NCBI GenBank assembly: GCA_000388065.2
Contig: KB932211.1
Length of the DNA: 30,748 nucleotides
Source: Fonticula alba ATCC 38817
Taxonomy: Eukaryota > Protista > Nucleariida
Direction: 5' to 3' (one strand)
Shown here: positions 27,906 to 30,748 of the stretch, piece after piece
How positions within the stretch are numbered: the stretch's first letter is position 1
Layout: every line of letters starts with the position of its first letter
Program-made: the position numbers and the translations under genes
Notes under the pieces: generated by a model
Told to the model about the DNA's origin: nothing
What the model saw: only the letters and a program-made list of their open reading frames with translations
Databases searched by the model: none

Positions 27906-29205
27906 CGAAGGAAGGCCCCCCGTGGTGAAGAGCGAGCAGGGCACATGGCAAAACACCCCCGGCCAGGGCGCCCCCGACACGACTGGGGCGGCAGCAGCGG
28001 CCCATACGTACATGACCCGGTCGATGAGGTGCAGACGGTCGGGGAAGGTCTCCAGCAGGTCGATCTCGTGCGACAGGCGCTGGTATTCGGCATTACGGGC
28101 GGAATCCAGGTCGGCCGAGGTGTGGCCCCGCTGGCGGAAGACGCGTTGCAGGGCCAGCGACAGCTTGCTGTCGCTCTCGGCCAGGTCGAGGGCCGTGTCA
28201 TTGTCGGAATTGGTCTTCAGCAAGGACGCCCCGTGCGCCAGGAGGACGGCCGCCGCGCGCGATGCCCCCCAGAAGATGGCCACATGCAGGGGCGTCCACC
28301 CGTCGACATCCTGGGCGTCGACATAGTCGCTATCCGCGGTGAAGGAGTGGCTGTGGGCACGGCGGGCAGCGAAGCCGGGTCAGCATCGGGAAGGCGGCGG
28401 CTCCCCTGTCCCTCCTCCCAGGGGGGCAGGAGCTGGCGCGGAAGGGCAAAGGAGAAGGGCACGGGAGACAGGGCGGAGGGAGGGACGCGGGGAAAGGACA
28501 AAGGCGCGCAACGCACGGCGGTGCCGGGAGGCTCCACTCCCCGGCCGAGTAGGCCCGGTCGATCGGGGCCACCCCGAGCCCGGGGCTGACCCGGCGTCCG
28601 GTGGCCGCGGCAGCCGCATCGCGACGAGCCGCCATCAGCAGCAGCCAGCAGAGGGCCGCATTGTCATTGGCCGCGGCCATGTGCAGGAGGCCGACGCGCA
28701 AGTGGTCGCGCGCCTCGGCCGGGCTCACCAGCCCGGCTGCCAGCAAACGCGCCGCCTCGGCCGTGTCATTGCGCGAAACCGCGTCCCGGAGGAGGACCGC
28801 CGGGGCGAAGACCGGCCGGCGAAAGCGCTTGCGCGGGGCGGCGGCCGTGGCCGTGGCCGTGGCGGCGGTCGCCGCCGACGGCGCATCGCCATCCGGCTCG
28901 GCGGCCGCCGCCGCCGTCGCCGCCGGGTCGGCCGGCACCTCGATCGGGCCGTTGGACAGATCCGACAGCGGCGGTGGCGGCGGGCACAGGACCGGGTCCG
29001 ACAGCCGCAGCGACTGGACCACCTCATGGAGGTTGTACGGGGTGACCACGGCGGCGGCGGCCTCTTGCGCCGCGTCGAAGGTCACCTGCTCCTGGTTGAG
29101 GATGATGTGCCCGCCAAGGTGCCCGGCCCCGCCGGCCGACGCCAGCGGCGGGGTCACGATCGGCAAGGGGTGCGACGGCACCGGCGGCTGGTTTAGAAAG
29201 GGGTG
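24447..29205 (-). CDS. MYPT/PPP1R16(TIMAP)-like ankyrin-repeat protein joined to a TM-PSI-TM module (at least 1353 aa). Exons ~29205-28517, 28350-28012, 27773-25979, 25842-25680, 25522-24447; 5' end lost in or beyond the 29425-30210 gap
   Basis: Ankyrin motifs DVDGWTPLHVAIFWG, DNDTALDLAE, GTLLHIAACKGYVDLAKRLLDLGA and WTPAHAAAFWNQPDILELLARHGA occur in the MYPT/TIMAP order, including the intervening ARNAEYQRL helix. Intron phases 2,2,0,1 all match. TM1 25842-25753, PSI-like CQNNLSCQPCAIQSGCTWC, TM2 25049-24975, TAG at 24447-24449. Confidence 0.8.
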
Positions 29206-29424
29206 CTTGGCCCGGCGCGCTCGCTCCGGGGGAGTGAGTTCCCTGTGTGCAGCGGGGGGGGGGGCGGAGGGGCGGGGGGGGCGACAGGGGAGACGGGCGG
29301 CTCTGCGGGTCAGTGGGGCCGTGGGGGGCGGGCCTTCGCGTGCGCGGGTGAGCACGGCGGGGCGCACCATCTCCCCTGCTCGACGTGCCAGCGGCGGAGC
29401 TGCTCCGCGCGCGCACGGCGGGCC

Positions 29425-30210
29425 NNNNNNNNNNNNNNNNNNNNNNNNNNNNNNNNNNNNNNNNNNNNNNNNNNNNNNNNNNNNNNNNNNNNNNNNNNNN
29501 NNNNNNNNNNNNNNNNNNNNNNNNNNNNNNNNNNNNNNNNNNNNNNNNNNNNNNNNNNNNNNNNNNNNNNNNNNNNNNNNNNNNNNNNNNNNNNNNNNNN
29601 NNNNNNNNNNNNNNNNNNNNNNNNNNNNNNNNNNNNNNNNNNNNNNNNNNNNNNNNNNNNNNNNNNNNNNNNNNNNNNNNNNNNNNNNNNNNNNNNNNNN
29701 NNNNNNNNNNNNNNNNNNNNNNNNNNNNNNNNNNNNNNNNNNNNNNNNNNNNNNNNNNNNNNNNNNNNNNNNNNNNNNNNNNNNNNNNNNNNNNNNNNNN
29801 NNNNNNNNNNNNNNNNNNNNNNNNNNNNNNNNNNNNNNNNNNNNNNNNNNNNNNNNNNNNNNNNNNNNNNNNNNNNNNNNNNNNNNNNNNNNNNNNNNNN
29901 NNNNNNNNNNNNNNNNNNNNNNNNNNNNNNNNNNNNNNNNNNNNNNNNNNNNNNNNNNNNNNNNNNNNNNNNNNNNNNNNNNNNNNNNNNNNNNNNNNNN
30001 NNNNNNNNNNNNNNNNNNNNNNNNNNNNNNNNNNNNNNNNNNNNNNNNNNNNNNNNNNNNNNNNNNNNNNNNNNNNNNNNNNNNNNNNNNNNNNNNNNNN
30101 NNNNNNNNNNNNNNNNNNNNNNNNNNNNNNNNNNNNNNNNNNNNNNNNNNNNNNNNNNNNNNNNNNNNNNNNNNNNNNNNNNNNNNNNNNNNNNNNNNNN
30201 NNNNNNNNNN
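29425..30210. other. Assembly gap (786 N), probably hiding 5' exon(s) of the ankyrin gene
   Basis: N run. A possible minus-strand TAG acceptor lies just before the gap (~30228-30230). Confidence 0.9.
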
Positions 30211-30748
30211 GGGGACCTCGTTGCTGCCTAGGATCGGCGCCAGGGGGAGGGGTGCATGCCGGGGGGGGAGGACGAGGGGCGGGAGCAGGGGGGACGAGGA
30301 ATGGGCCAAGCGACGGGCGTCGCGAGGGGAGGGGGAGGGGGGGGGTGCGCCGGCGCAGGAGCAGGGGAGTCGGCCGGCGGGGGAGGGAGGGCTACAAGGC
30401 ACCGGGAGGGGGCGGTGCCAGGCGCCCGTTGACGGAAGGCGCGGGGGGGAGGAGGGGAGGAGCGAAGGGGGGGGCGGGCGGGCGCGGGCGGGCGCGCGGG
30501 CGAGCGGGCGACAACAGGCAGGTGTATGTGTGTATGTGCTGTGTGGTGTGTGGTGTATGGTGTGTGGCGTGTGGCGTGTGGTGTGCGTGTGTGGGAGGGG
30601 GGAGGGGTGGTGGTGCCAATCCTCAGCAGGGGGACCGCTCGGGTCGCCGGTACCCTTTGACGCCCTCGTACATGCGTCCGGGGGCGCACATGCGACACAC
30701 GGGGCATGCCGGCTTGGCTGATCTGGGCCGGCGAGCGGGGGGGGGGGG

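Noticed and set aside
1-30748. CRISPR arrays, rRNA, snRNA or selenoprotein/readthrough signals
   Set aside because: No repeat-spacer periodicity, rRNA-like conserved blocks or in-frame stops within conserved domains were seen.

Overview
GC-rich, intron-containing eukaryotic scaffold with four N gaps. The composition, GTGCGT-type donors and Cys-rich receptor genes suggest a protist such as the nucleariid Fonticula; this is inference, not a database result. Manual splice reconstruction gives 8 protein genes and 4 tRNAs: (1) 3' exon of an FG-GAP/furin-repeat type I membrane protein; tRNA-Lys(CTT) and tRNA-Arg(ACG); (2) a Pro-rich, PY-motif, 2-TM protein with a CxxC...CxxH tail; (3) a 770-aa intronless protein with a mitochondrial-type presequence and eight tandem helix-turn-helix units; (4) a Cys-rich GPI-anchored protein under a TATA box; tRNA-Asp(GTC) and tRNA-Pro(AGG); (5) a PX-domain protein; (6) a 276-aa presequence-bearing protein joining a stand-alone SRP54/Ffh M-domain-like region to a SecA-type SEC-C motif; (7) DPH6, whose exons 2-4 lie on a gap-flanked contig upstream of its exon 1 and inside an intron of gene 6, most likely a scaffolding error; (8) a MYPT/TIMAP-like ankyrin protein spliced in frame to a TM-PSI-TM module. 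The best novelty candidates are genes 6, 8 and 3. No CRISPR array, rRNA or transposase was seen. All domain assignments are by eye from recalled family consensus, not computed searches.
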